Below, piece after piece: positions 12,001 to 23,946 of a DNA stretch of 64,000 nucleotides; the stretch's first letter is position 1; every line of letters starts with the position of its first letter. The stretch is from Neoechinorhynchus agilis (Eukaryota > Animalia > Acanthocephala). Both the position numbers and the translations under genes were made by a program. The notes under the pieces are model-generated. The model was not told the origin of the DNA. It searched no databases and saw only the letters and a program-made list of their open reading frames with translations. The stretch is taken from positions 10,183,480 through 10,247,479 of the forward strand of contig CM121342.1 of assembly GCA_051530055.1 (NCBI GenBank). Direction: 5' to 3'.

Positions 12001-15000
12001 TTCTTATTTCGACACTTTCTTAAATATATAAAATTGGTGGACTAAACTCGGTGAAAAGAAACTAAAATTGTTCTTATTTCAACACTTTCTCAAATTTATA
12101 AAATTTGTGAATTAAACTCGGTGAAAAGAAATGAAAATTGTTCTTATTTCAACACTTTCTCAAATTTATAAAATTGGTGAATTAAACTCAGTGAAAATAA
12201 AATTGTTCTTACTTCAACACTTTCTCAAATTTATAAAATTTGTGAACTAAACTCGGTGAAAATAAAATAAAATTGTTCTTATTTGGATACTCTTAAATAT
12301 ATAAAATTTGTTGAACAAAACTCGGTGAAAAGAAACCAAAATAATTCTTATTTTAACACTTTCTTAAATATATAAAATTAGTGAACTAAACTCGGTGAAA
12401 ATAAAATAAAATTGTTCTTATTTCAACACTTTCTTAAATATATAAAATTAGTGAACTAAACTCGGTGAAAATAAAATAAAATTGTTCTTACTTCAACACT
12501 TTCTCAAATTTATAAAATTGGTGAACTAAACTCGGTGAAAATAAAATAAAATTGTTCTTATTTGGATACTCTTAAATATATAAAATTTGTTGAACAAAAC
12601 TCGGTGAAAAGAAACTAAAATATTTTATTTCTTTCAATTTGAACAAATTTATAATAAAAATTGTTCTTACTTCAACACTTTCTCAAATTTATAAAATTGG
12701 TGAACTAAACTCGGTGAAAATAAAATAAAATTGTTCTTATTTCAACACTTTCTTAAATTTATAAAATTGGTGAACTAAACTCGGTGAAAATAAAATAAAA
12801 TTGTTCTTATTTCAACACTTTCTCAAATTTATAAAATTGGTGAACTAAACTCGGTGAAAATAAAATAAAATTGTTCTTATTTCAACACTTTCTTAAATTT
12901 ATAAAATTGGTGAACTAAACTCGGTGAAAATAAAATAAAATTGTTCTTATTTCAACACTTTCTCAAATTTATAAAATTGGTGAACTAAACTCGGTGAAAA
13001 TAAAATAAAATTGTTCTTATTTGAATACTCTTAAATATATAAAATTTGTTGAACAAAACTCGGTGAAAAGAAACCAAAATAATTCTTATTTCAACACTTT
13101 CTTAAATTTATAAAATTGGTGAACTAAACTCAGTGAAAATAAAATAAAATTGTTCTTACTTCAACACTTTCTCAAATTTATAAAATTGGTGAACTAAACT
13201 CGGTGAAAATAAAATAAAATTGTTCTTATTTGGATACTCTTAAATATATAAAATTTGTTGAACAAAACTCGGTGAAAAGAAACTAAAATATTTGAGAAAG
13301 TGTTGAATAAGAACAATTTTTTTTTTTTCACTGAGTTTAGTTCACCAATTTTATAAATTTAAGAAAGTGTTGAAATAAGAATTATTTTTTCTTTTCACCG
13401 AGTTTTGTTCAACAAATTTTATATATTTAAGAGTATCAAAATTGTTCTTACTTCAACACTTTCTCAAATTTATAAAATTGGTGAACTAAACTCGGTGAAA
13501 ATAAAATAAAATTGTTCTTATTTCAACACTTTCTTAAATTTATAAAATTGGTGAACTAAACTCGGTGAAAATAAAATAAAATTGTTCTTATTTCAACACT
13601 TTCTCAAATTTATAAAATTGGTGAACTAAACTCGGTGAAAATAAAATAAAATTGTTCTTATTTCAACACTTTCTTAAATTTATAAAATTGGTGAACTAAA
13701 CTCGGTGAAAATAAAATAAAATTGTTCTTATTTCAACACTTTCTCAAATTTATAAAATTGGTGAACTAAACTCGGTGAAAATAAAATAAAATTGTTCTTA
13801 TTTGAATACTCTTAAATATATAAAATTTGTTGAACAAAACTCGGTGAAAAGAAACCAAAATAATTCTTATTTCAACACTTTCTTAAATATATAAAATTGG
13901 TGAACTAAACTCGGTGAAAATAAAATAAAATTGTTCTTATTTCAACACTTTCTTAAATTTATAAAATTGGTGAACTAAACTCGGTGAAAATAAAATAAAA
14001 TTGTTCTTATTTCAACACTTTCTCAAATTTATAAAATTGGTGAACTAAACTCGGTGAAAATAAAATAAAATTGTTCTTATTTCAACACTTTCTTAAATTT
14101 ATAAAATTGGTGAACTAAACTCGGTGAAAATAAAATAAAATTGTTCTTATTTCAACACTTTCTCAAATTTATAAAATTGGTGAACTAAACTCGGTGAAAA
14201 TAAAATAAAATTGTTCTTGTTTGAATACTCTTAAATATATAAAATTTGTTGAACAAAACTCGGTGAAAAGAAACCAAAATAATTCTTATTTCAACACTTT
14301 CTTAAATTTATAAAATTGGTGAACTAAACTCAGTGAAAATAAAATAAAATTGTTCTTACTTCAACACTTTCTCAAATTTATAAAATTGGTGAACTAAACT
14401 CGGTGAAAATAAAATAAAATTGTTCTTATTTGGATACTCTTAAATATATAAACATTGTTGAACAAAACTCGGTGAAAAGAAACTAAAATTGTTCTTATTT
14501 CGACACTTTCTTAAATATATAAAATTGGTGGACTAAACTCGGTGAAAAGAAACTAAAATTGTTCTTATTTCAACACTTTCTTTAATTTATAAAATTGGTG
14601 AATTAAACTCGGTGAAAAGAAAATAAAATTTTTCTTATTTCAACACTCTCAAATTTTTAAAATTGGTGAACTTAACTCGGTGAAAATAAAATAAAATTGT
14701 TCTTATTTGGATACTCTTAAATATATAAAATTTGTTGAACAAAACTCGGTGAAAAGAAACCAAAATAATTCTTATTTTAACACTTTCTTAAATATATAAA
14801 ATTAGTGAACTAAACTCGGTGAAAATAAAATAAAATTGTTCTTATTTCAACACTTTCTTAAATTTATAAAATTGGTGAACTAAACTCGGTGAAAATAAAA
14901 TGGTTCTTATTTGGATTCTCTTAAATATATAAAATTTGATGAACAAAACTCGGTGAAAAGAAACTAAAAGTGTTCTTATTTCGACACTTTCTTAAATATA

Positions 15001-15620
15001 TAAAATTGGTGAACTAAACTCGACGAAAATAAAATTGTTCTTATTTGGACACTTTCTTAAATATATAAAATTGGTGAACAAAACTCGGTGAAAAGAAACT
15101 AAAATTGTTCTTATTTCGACACTTTCTTAAATATTTAAAATTATTGGACTAAACTCGGCGAAAAGAAAATAAAATTGTTCTTATTTCAACACTTTCTTAA
15201 ATATATAAAATTAGTGAACTAAACTCGGTGAAAATAAAATAAAATCGTTCTTATTTCAACACTTTCTTAAATTTATAAAATTGGTGAACTAAACTCGGTG
15301 AAAATAAAATAAAATGGTTCTTATTTTGATACTCTTAAATATGTAAAATTGGTGAACTAAACTCGGTGAAAATTAAATAAAATGGTTCTTATTTTGATAC
15401 TCTTAAATATGTAAAATTGGTGAACTAAACTCGGTAAAAATAAAATAAAATTGTTCTTATTTGGACACTTTCTTAAATATATAAATTTGGTGAAGTAAAC
15501 TCGGCGAAAATAAAATAAAATTGTTCTTATTTGGATACTTTCTTAAATATATAAAATTGGTGAACAAAACTCGGTGAAAAGAAACTAAAATTGTTCTTGT
15601 TTCGACACTTTCTTAATCTT
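9005..15620. repeat. Satellite array of a ~70-bp unit (~94 copies) with two alternating variants
   Basis: Unit aaattggtgaactaaactcggtgaaaataaaataaaattgttcttatttcaacactttctcaaatttata at 9181, 9251, etc. A variant unit (ggatactcttaaatatataaaatttgttgaacaaaa) recurs every 3-5 units. Confidence 0.98.
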
Positions 15621-16084
15621 CTAAAAAAATTGAACTCAAATAAGTAAAAAGAAAATCAGCATATTTTAATTTTCTTTTTCCATATCAATTTCCCATTGGT
15701 AATTCAAATAAGATGGTTGATTCAGCAAAAATGTTATTTAGGATTTTGCGAAATAAATGAGTTGTTGGAATTGGCTGTCGTCTTAAACAATTACGAAAAT
15801 ATTTCGTTTTAATTAGATTAAAGAGACTTTACGGAACGAATATTTTTTTGATTACGAACATATTTTTCAATAAAAGATATGATCTGTACACGTTTTCGCA
15901 AGCTATGAAAAGCTCATCCAGGTTTTCTTGAATATCTAATTTGTCTTCTAAGTCCGAGTTTGATCCAATAGCTTACTTTCACCTATCAACGATGGAACAA
16001 AACAAAAAGTATCTCAAAATCTGGGTGCTGGGTTTTAAAAATGAAAATTTTATTGAGCTCGTCCCGTTTTCGTTTACCTTTAGA

Positions 16085-16991
16085 ATGAAGCTTCTTCAAC
16101 AAACACGTATTATTCGCCGATTATTGTCAACTCCGCCGCTTACAAGACCGCCAGAGACGCTTCCGATTCCGATCAAACCAAACATTTTCACTCGCTTTAA
16201 AGAAATTATTGGATTTCAGGGAGAATATCGATATTATCCTCACCAAATGAAATATGCTGCCAAACAAATTTACGCTGTTACAACCAAAGGCCTTCCATTT
16301 CTTGAGTTTCATCAAATATGCAATATTAGCGACACTTTCACTTCATTCGCTTCCTTAATGTTTCTTCATGTTTATATGGTAATCCTACGATTGATGTTAG
16401 AACAGCGGAGTGGTCAATTCGTCAGGAATGAACTGGTCAAATCGATGTGGCTTGATTTCGATACAAGGCTTTCGACACTCTCAGGTTTATCCGCTACACA
16501 AAGAGGCGAGGAAATGAAGAAATTGGATCAAATATTTATAGCTTCAATGATTGGATACGATGAAGGTATCCTCGGCTCTGATGCTAATCTCACTTGTTGG
16601 ATTTTTTTAGAAAAAATTAAAGCTTGAGTTTTAAATTAGAATTTTTTCCTAAGGATTAAAAAATACTTTATCATTAGGATGGAAATCCTAATAAGAAATT
16701 TAAATTGAGAACCTTTAAAAATCCAACAATTTAGCCTCCGCACTTTACCGGAATATTATATTAGGCAATAATGATATCGATCTGAAAACTTCTGAGTTAA
16801 ATGAATATCCAAACGCAGATCCAGATATACTTTTAACTTTGGTAAAATACGTAAGGAGGAACATATATCATCTTGAGCACAGCATTGATTCGAAAACTAT
16901 TTTAACGACTGGTTTAATCGATTTTGTTGCATTGGACGAAGCAAATGATCAAGAACAGGCAAAATTACACGGGTTGTTCATAGCTCATTAG
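16085..16991 (+). CDS. UQCC1: Ubiquinol-cytochrome c reductase complex assembly factor 1 (Cbp3 family), 2 exons; intron ~16586-16727 or 16596-16734
   Basis: DTFTSFASLMFLHVYMVILRL, MWLDFDTRL and YDEGILGSD. The downstream exon continues A(S)ALYRN...LLTLVKYVRRNIYHLE...ILTTGLIDF, matching the Cbp3/UQCC1 C-terminus. ATG at 16085, TAG at 16989-16991. Confidence 0.9.
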
Positions 16992-17021
16992 TGGTTTTAG
17001 GTGATGGGTTATTTTTTTACA

Positions 17022-18402
17022 ATGAGTGAATTCGTCTCTTTTATTATGGTGTTAAGTAGCAGAAATACTGGTTTCGAATCGTGGTCCTTTCTTGTTGATT
17101 ATGCAAACCGGTCCGTAGCTATCCCTTCTTTTTTTACACCCCATCTCCACATAAATTAATACCTTTAAGTAGTGAAAACCTGTTTATTTTCCTTGATTCA
17201 CCAGGATGTACAGGATTCCCGCAGTCGTGGATACAAATACTGGACTAGTTGGGAAGGTAAAGAAAAATAAATGTTTTTCTCAATAAAGAGCAAGACGATT
17301 TTTCCATAGGTGTACTGTACTTTTCTCCACCCAATCGTGTTTTAGAGACATAAACACCGATTTATTCGTCTTTGATAAAAATGCTCGCTATTCGTTTGGA
17401 CTGTTTGGAAAAACTAGACATTGTGTTGAAAATCACAAATAAGACAACGGTAGCGATTCCAGAGCTAAATGTCACACAAGGGAATTTGTGCATGAATGAA
17501 GAACCAATGGAAATGACAGTTAGTCCGAAAATCTTGACCAGTGATTTATTTGCTCAACGACGATTTCTGTGTTTAGGTTCGTCAAATATTGGAAAATATT
17601 GAAAATGCGAAGATAAAGGATTTTATTGAAGGTAAACCAGCTGAAGCGATGAACTTGCTAATTGAAGACGTCCCGGACGAATCCAGCTCTGAGCTAAGGA
17701 ATACTCCTACGACGTTTGAGATGGATTGTCCCAACTGCGGTGATGAGAACTGTCAGACACGGATGTGCTTCACTTCCATTCCTTTTTTCGAGGAAGTGAT
17801 CCTTATGACAACCGAATGTTTGAAATGTGGATTAATCAGCTGGGTCTTTTAGAGGTCGAATTATTTTGAAAAGAAAGATCCAGTGAATAAAAGACTCAGA
17901 AATGAAAGTTATTAGTGGACCAATAAGAGAGAAAGGAGTTAGAACAACTCTTATAGTCACCCATCAGTCGGATTTACTAAGAGATGTTCTCAAATCCGAT
18001 CATGCTATCGTAATAGTACCGAATATAGATTTTACAATGCAACCAGGCTCTCAAGGATCGCGTCTAACAACAATCGAAGGACTTTTAACCGGGGTTTATG
18101 ATTCCTTAAGAAGTCAAATGGCTACTGATGGAAGTCGTACAAACGGTTGTGACTCCTATGTACCTCCCACTAATCTGCAAAGACTGGATGAATTTTTGGA
18201 TAAGCTAAAGGAAATTATTGACGGTAGATCTTTGCCATTTGAATTTGTGATCGATGATCCATCAGGAACTTCATATTTGCAGAATTTTTACGCTCCTGAA
18301 TCAGATCCAATGATGAAAATAGAGGAATACACAAGGACTAGAGAACAAGATGAAGAACTTGGATTGTTGGATGATAATGTTCAGTCGAACGGTGACCAAT
18401 AG
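17022..18402 (+). CDS. ZPR1: Zinc finger protein ZPR1; 5' exons uncertain
   Basis: The second ZPR1 module is clear: CPNCG...TSIPFFEEVILMTTECLKCG, RDVLKSDHAIVIVPNIDF, LTTIEGLL, FEFVIDDPSGTSYLQN, YTRTREQDEELGL. The first module is degenerate (TVAIPELNV). Canonical intron at ~17519-17577 and a non-canonical interruption at 17834-17888. Confidence 0.92.
17833..17889 (+). other. TA-flanked hairpin insert / putative non-canonical intron (55 nt, AA..AT) in ZPR1
   Basis: TA atcagctgggtctttt...aaagatccagtgaa TA with inverted arms. Excision leaving one TA gives CLKCGLKDSEMK, matching the CxxCGxxxxEVK consensus. Confidence 0.8.
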
Positions 18403-19359
18403 AAATTCCTGTGCGATGAAATACAACTAAAAGTAAATTCTCAGACTCATTTGAATTATATAAATTCCTTAACCACGAAACACCGCTATAAGTTTTAGAA
18501 AAATGGGTTTTTGTATAGCGAAATGGATATTTGGCACGTGAGCCGGTTTCGAGGGTAAGTTTAAACCTGGTATTGAAATCAACCGACTTTTTTTCGCGCA
18601 TTAACTATTTTTTAGAAATACCCATGTTCATCTATTGCCAATCATCTTTCAGCTCATCAAATCAATAACTCCATTTTAATATTATCTATTCGCAAAAAGT
18701 TTTCACGTGAAATGTTTAAAATTAGAGGTTTTGTATCACATTCCGCTTGAAATTTATCGTTTGTTATAAGTATTCATTGAGGTTTTTACATTTCGTTTAT
18801 TTTGTTTGAACAACAGGTAACGAAATATGGAACTCGAAAATGTACAAAACGGATTTTAATTTTTTTGATTGATGTTAAAAAATCGTGTTTCATAATGTCA
18901 GTTGTTAATCGGACATATTGTGTTCTCTTAAAGTTTAAATTTCAGTCTAATATTGCTCAATATCCCATAATATTCACGAAGTCAGATATTTATGTATTTT
19001 TAAATATATTTTGATGAAAAATGAAGACACAATTACAAGAAGCTCAAACATTCGTTACTTTGATCGTGCTGCGGAATGAGACAATTTCATAGTGAGAATG
19101 TCCCTGTTGTAGGTTGAAAGAGTCTAAATCCACGATCACTCACAGTTCACGAGGAGGAAGTTCATTGATGATTACCGCATCCTCGGAAGCCGGTCAGGGA
19201 CAATTAGTTCCAAATACGACGATAAATATTAGTTTGATTTGAGTAAGATAAAATTGGCTATTTAGCACGGTTTTCTGCTTTCCAATCGCAATAAAAAAAC
19301 TTTCTTTTTTAATTAGGTCATTGTAGAGAACTCGATCGAGTGTGCAACGACTTTAATGT

Positions 19360-22300
19360 TCAAGTGTTGATACGTGAAAGATAGTCTTTAAGGTCATCCG
19401 CACTGTGTTTCACGATATACTCATTATTCATTATCTGATCGAATAATTGCTGAACTTTAAGAGTCTGTACGTCTAATCCATAATTATCCAAAAGTTCCTA
19501 TTTTAAAATAAATTCAGAAAGCACAAATGATAATTCATTTACCTTTATTTCATTTACCATTGAACTACTAGCAAATCTAGAAAGAGCCGGCTGAAATGTA
19601 CAAGTGGAGTGTGATTATTCGAAAACAACAGCAAGTCGCACTTACGTCCAGAATATCAGAGATAAGATCTTCATATGAGAAGATCTCTAATAAATAAGTC
19701 ATATTTTGTTTGATGGTACTCCAAGCAAAATCGCGCCCTGCCTTGTTCATCCCCATGCTTTCAAACACATATCGCATTTCACTTGGCTTAACGTTTTCAG
19801 TTGAAAGAGTAAAATTCATAAGATCATCAATATAGATGTCTTCTTGTAGACAACCCATAGCTCTTAAAGCGGCTACTCGTGCACTATGCAGTTCAATAAA
19901 TTTATAATAATAGTTCTTGACCATTGGATAGACTGTTCTGGCATTATGTATGATGATGTTTACTGATCAACGAATATAACCGCTACCAGATCTCAGTGAG
20001 CATCATTTTAAGATGTTAATTTTAAAAATCGCTTCTCTAAATCCCATATCTAAGCCGGGGTTGCTGACAGCACGAAATATCCATTCACCAGCTTCGTCGA
20101 CTACAGATTCCAATCTAAACATTCCAGCTTGAGTAAGCACTGTAGTTCTCAAGATATTCATCAATTTGTCTTCGTCAGGTAATGGCTCGAATCCAAGATA
20201 CGATGCCAATGGTTCATAGAGTTCTTGACCGTAACTATTGAACGCCTGCGTTACGTTAAGGTACTCACTTAAAGCATAGATATGATTCAGGTTCAGTGAG
20301 ATATCCACCCAGACGTAGATATCATAAAGTGGTCTGAATATGCGGACAAAGTCGAAATAATCGCTCATTGGCTGATATCCCGCTTTAGAAAGGAGAAATT
20401 GGTCAAGTTCAATGTCCAATTTATCACTAGAGGCCATTGAACCGGTCACTATACCATGCTTCAGCTTTTGCATGCTCGCGTTATCGTAGTCGGTGATGAA
20501 GTATCCCGATTTTTGGTGGTTTATTTTGGTCCACTCGCTATTGTGAAGGCTTATGAGGATAAGAGCTGATCAGAAATCTCCATTTTATAATTTTTTAACT
20601 TTTGTAAAATGCAGCGAAATTATTGCCTTTTTTATACAAATTGGGAAAAAACTAATCTTTTCATCAGCCTTCACTTGCTAAGCATGGAATATTCGAGATG
20701 TAAGTGTCCTTTAGTATCGTTCAATACAAAAATCCAGCGAGGACTCGCCGGATTTATACTGTCTATAACAGTAATAGGAATGTTCCATACTTTATTGTTT
20801 CCAGTTTGTGGTCCTTCCGCAAAATATTCACGTTGTTCAAAATTGATAACCTTGTTTCCATTTTCCTCAGACGTTGTGATCAAGACTGAAATAACCGGAA
20901 ATCCGGGTGTGTTTATCCAATTGGAATAGACCATCGACATTCCACCAAAGCCAACTTCTTCAATCGAATTAAATAAGTCAGATGGTTTTACGTTTCCAAA
21001 GAATTGTCTAGCTAACAGTAATTGAAAAGAATGGCTTAGTATTGCGCTGTTTAATTGAATAGAAAGCATTCGCATTATGGAAGCACCTTTCGCCCTCATT
21101 ACGGTCTCTGATATAGTAAATGGTTCGTCAACGCCCGACAAGTTCATCTTTTTGTGGAATCAAAACATAGCAAATTTAAAAGTGAAAAATCTCCCACCTG
21201 TAAAGGGCTTGAACTCGGAAGTGAGTCCAACAACAAACTCGGTCTAATCGAATCTAATATTTCTCTTGAATAAAAATCGTATTCTGGACCGATTCCATTG
21301 GAACAAAGCATGCTGATGAATTCGTTAATGCCTTCTGTAAGCCATAAGTCGCTCCACCAGTCCTATTTGGAAAAAGTGAGTGAATAAAGTGAATGTTTCT
21401 ACGGAAATATTAAGCGCTCAATCTAGATGTTTCTATTTTAAACACTATACCTAGTTTAGGCGACTTTGATCTTATTCAAATGCCACCTTTATGTTTGGTA
21501 AAATTGATCGGAACATATCATTTCGCAATTCTACGGTTTTTAACTAAATGTAAATCAGTTGCATATTTTGCATGGATTGGAATTCCTTTTCTTACGAAAG
21601 TAAAAATTAAAGAAGGAAATGATCGATTTTAATGATTAAAAACATTTTTTTCGGAGAGATTTATTTTCTAAGTTTATAGTAGTTTGTTTCTTATGTAAAA
21701 TTATGTTCTCTTAATTGCATAAATTAAAATTCTTTTTTACCAAGTACAAATTTGGACTTCATAGTATTTTGCTTCGCATAAAAAAAGTAAAAATTAAACG
21801 CAAAACTTAAGGCATGAACTTTTCGGTTTGATACAATGAATTGTAGATCAATTTTTAGAAATAAAAAATACTCCCCTGCTTCCTATACTGCACATTTTAA
21901 ACTGTAAAATTCCGTTAATTATAAATAAAAAATTCATCGAAAATTCTATAATAGAAAGTATATCTCACAGAAATGATTGTGTTCTACCATCAATTTGCTT
22001 GTTCTTTTACAACAGCATAAAATTCAAAAATACCGAAAATCTTTAAATACTGACCACCGTAACATATCCTCCAAACCATAAGCGAGAACTATCCTTGCAC
22101 ACGGTTCTGATAAGCTCCATTTTTTGAACTGCAGAACTTTCTTCGTCAATCAAAATAAGTTCATCATCGCGAATAACAAGTCCCATGCCTTCAATAGCTA
22201 AAAAATATGGACGATAATTCAATTATAAATTTTTTATTAATGGAAAAGACTGACGTTTGTCTAAGTTATACGTTCCAAACGTGCTCGTTATCGGCAGTGG

Positions 22301-23946
22301 ATAAAATATCTTCAAATAAATTGAAATCAATTCCAAACTTTTTTTTGAGAGCTAAAGAAATTCTCTAAGACTTATCTCTCCAATTATTATTCATACTTAC
22401 CGATAGGAAGAAATATCCGCCAGATCTAACGTCAAGTGTGACGACTCGATGAACAATTCCAAAAGCGTCGATTTCCTTTTTTTCTTTATTAAATACACCC
22501 AATGAGAACCCGAACATGGAGGTGGCCAGTGGAATAGATCGAAAAAATTCCGAAACAATATAATTTGGGTCAGTTGTATTGAGGGCGAAGTGTAGTGGCT
22601 AAGGAGGGATTAAGGCAAAAGGTACAAAAAGAAGGAATTTACCATATTTGAAATAGCGATTTGAAATATAGGTGCAACTATTTTTAGATCAAATACTGCT
22701 TTAAAAGAAGGTTCATCCCAACAAGGAAAAGCTTTCCTCGCTCCTTTTCTCTATTCGTGAAAAATACAATTTTCTATTTTTTAAAGGAATTCCTCACCGA
22801 GAAATCCGTGAAAACCAAATAATCATACTGAGTTCCTGACTGATATGGGTAGTATGGTGATGCTTTCAATCCGCCTGTTTCATTTGCCACAATAAATCCA
22901 TCGTACTCAATTGTGAGATTATAGACTCCAGGCTAAAACATGGGATTTTCTTTGCCAAATGCAAGAATTACTCACTTCAACATCGGCCAAAGTGCTCACT
23001 CGTATTACGTCCAACTTCATGTAATCGACCTTTAGACCATTTTGATCTTAAAATTTGTGGAAAAATCTTTAGAGAGATCTCATCAACCTACTGTATGCTC
23101 CTTCGATTGATGCACTGATATTCTCCAAGTTTTCAGCATTCATGAAAAAGTATTTCGTTGGATTTTTAACCTTTTTATCAGGGAATTAGCTAGAATCATC
23201 GAATGCATACAAAAACTACCTCAACTTCGATTTTATCTATTCCATGAAACGTCTTGTTCTCCAAGCGAAATTTAAACGTTAGGTCATATTTAAGAGGCCG
23301 TGGATCCAAAGGTAGTCGGTTGTAAGTTTCAATAACTGTCGTACGGTTGGCCCTATACCGAATAGATGCACCAATAAAAATAACGAGACATAATCAAAGA
23401 TGAAAATGTAGAAATGTTTTTGTATGTGCTCGATCGCCATATATGCAGTCAATAAAGTTTTCGATATAATCGATTTCTTAGATCTCAATTATTTTAACTT
23501 TTTTACTTTAAATAAGAGTTTTTTATTGATTATATTTTAAAAGTCGAGAATGTAGCATAAGTAGCAAATAAACCAAACCTCGTTCATTTCTTTTAATTTT
23601 TTCTGAAGAAGGTATTCGTCGAATTAAGGTCCAATATTTAGTATGGTTTCGCTTAAATTTCACGTAAAATAGGTATTTTTTCTTACTTTTTCAGGACATA
23701 TAATTCTACGAAAAGAACCGAGTGAAAGTATGGGAAATAATGTCTTATAAGTGAACCCAAAATCTACATGGATCTAAATTCGAACCTCGTTACGAAAAAT
23801 CCGATCAGAAAAATAATCAAAGCTACCACGGCAATGACACCAGCGATGAATAGGTGTCTATATCGTGTCAGAAAGCTTTGAGTTTTGTTTGTTCCTTCAT
23901 TTTCATGATCACCGTCGCTATTATCAACAAGATCGACAGTTTCCAT
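19360..23946 (-). CDS. Type II membrane M1-family aminopeptidase homolog (aminopeptidase N/ERAP-like), multi-exon, catalytic motifs degenerate
   Basis: N-terminal TM helix, RLPLDPRPLKYDL, GARKAFPCWDEPSFKAVF, FYPLP, WFGGYVT, DWWSDLWLTEG, AKGASIMRML, WINTPGFPVI and an ERAP1_C-like tail ending at TGA 19362-19360. About a dozen GT-AG introns were traced. Confidence 0.88.
19949..20010 (-). other. TA-flanked hairpin insert / putative non-canonical intron (60 nt, AA..AT) in the aminopeptidase
   Basis: Minus strand TA aaatgatgctcactgagatc...gatcagtaaacatcatca TA, containing two in-frame TGA. Excision gives FREAIFKINILHNARTVY, collinear with the M1 C-domain LRSxVYCxxIxxGGxxxW. Confidence 0.7.

Noticed and set aside
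15941-16084. TTG-started N-terminal extension of UQCC1 in the ORF track
   Set aside because: Non-ATG start in a eukaryote. An acceptor-like site and an ATG at 16085 give a plausible basic mitochondrial presequence.
19020-19350. Short open frames between ZPR1 and the aminopeptidase
   Set aside because: Interrupted by stops on both strands, and no consistent exon chain was found.
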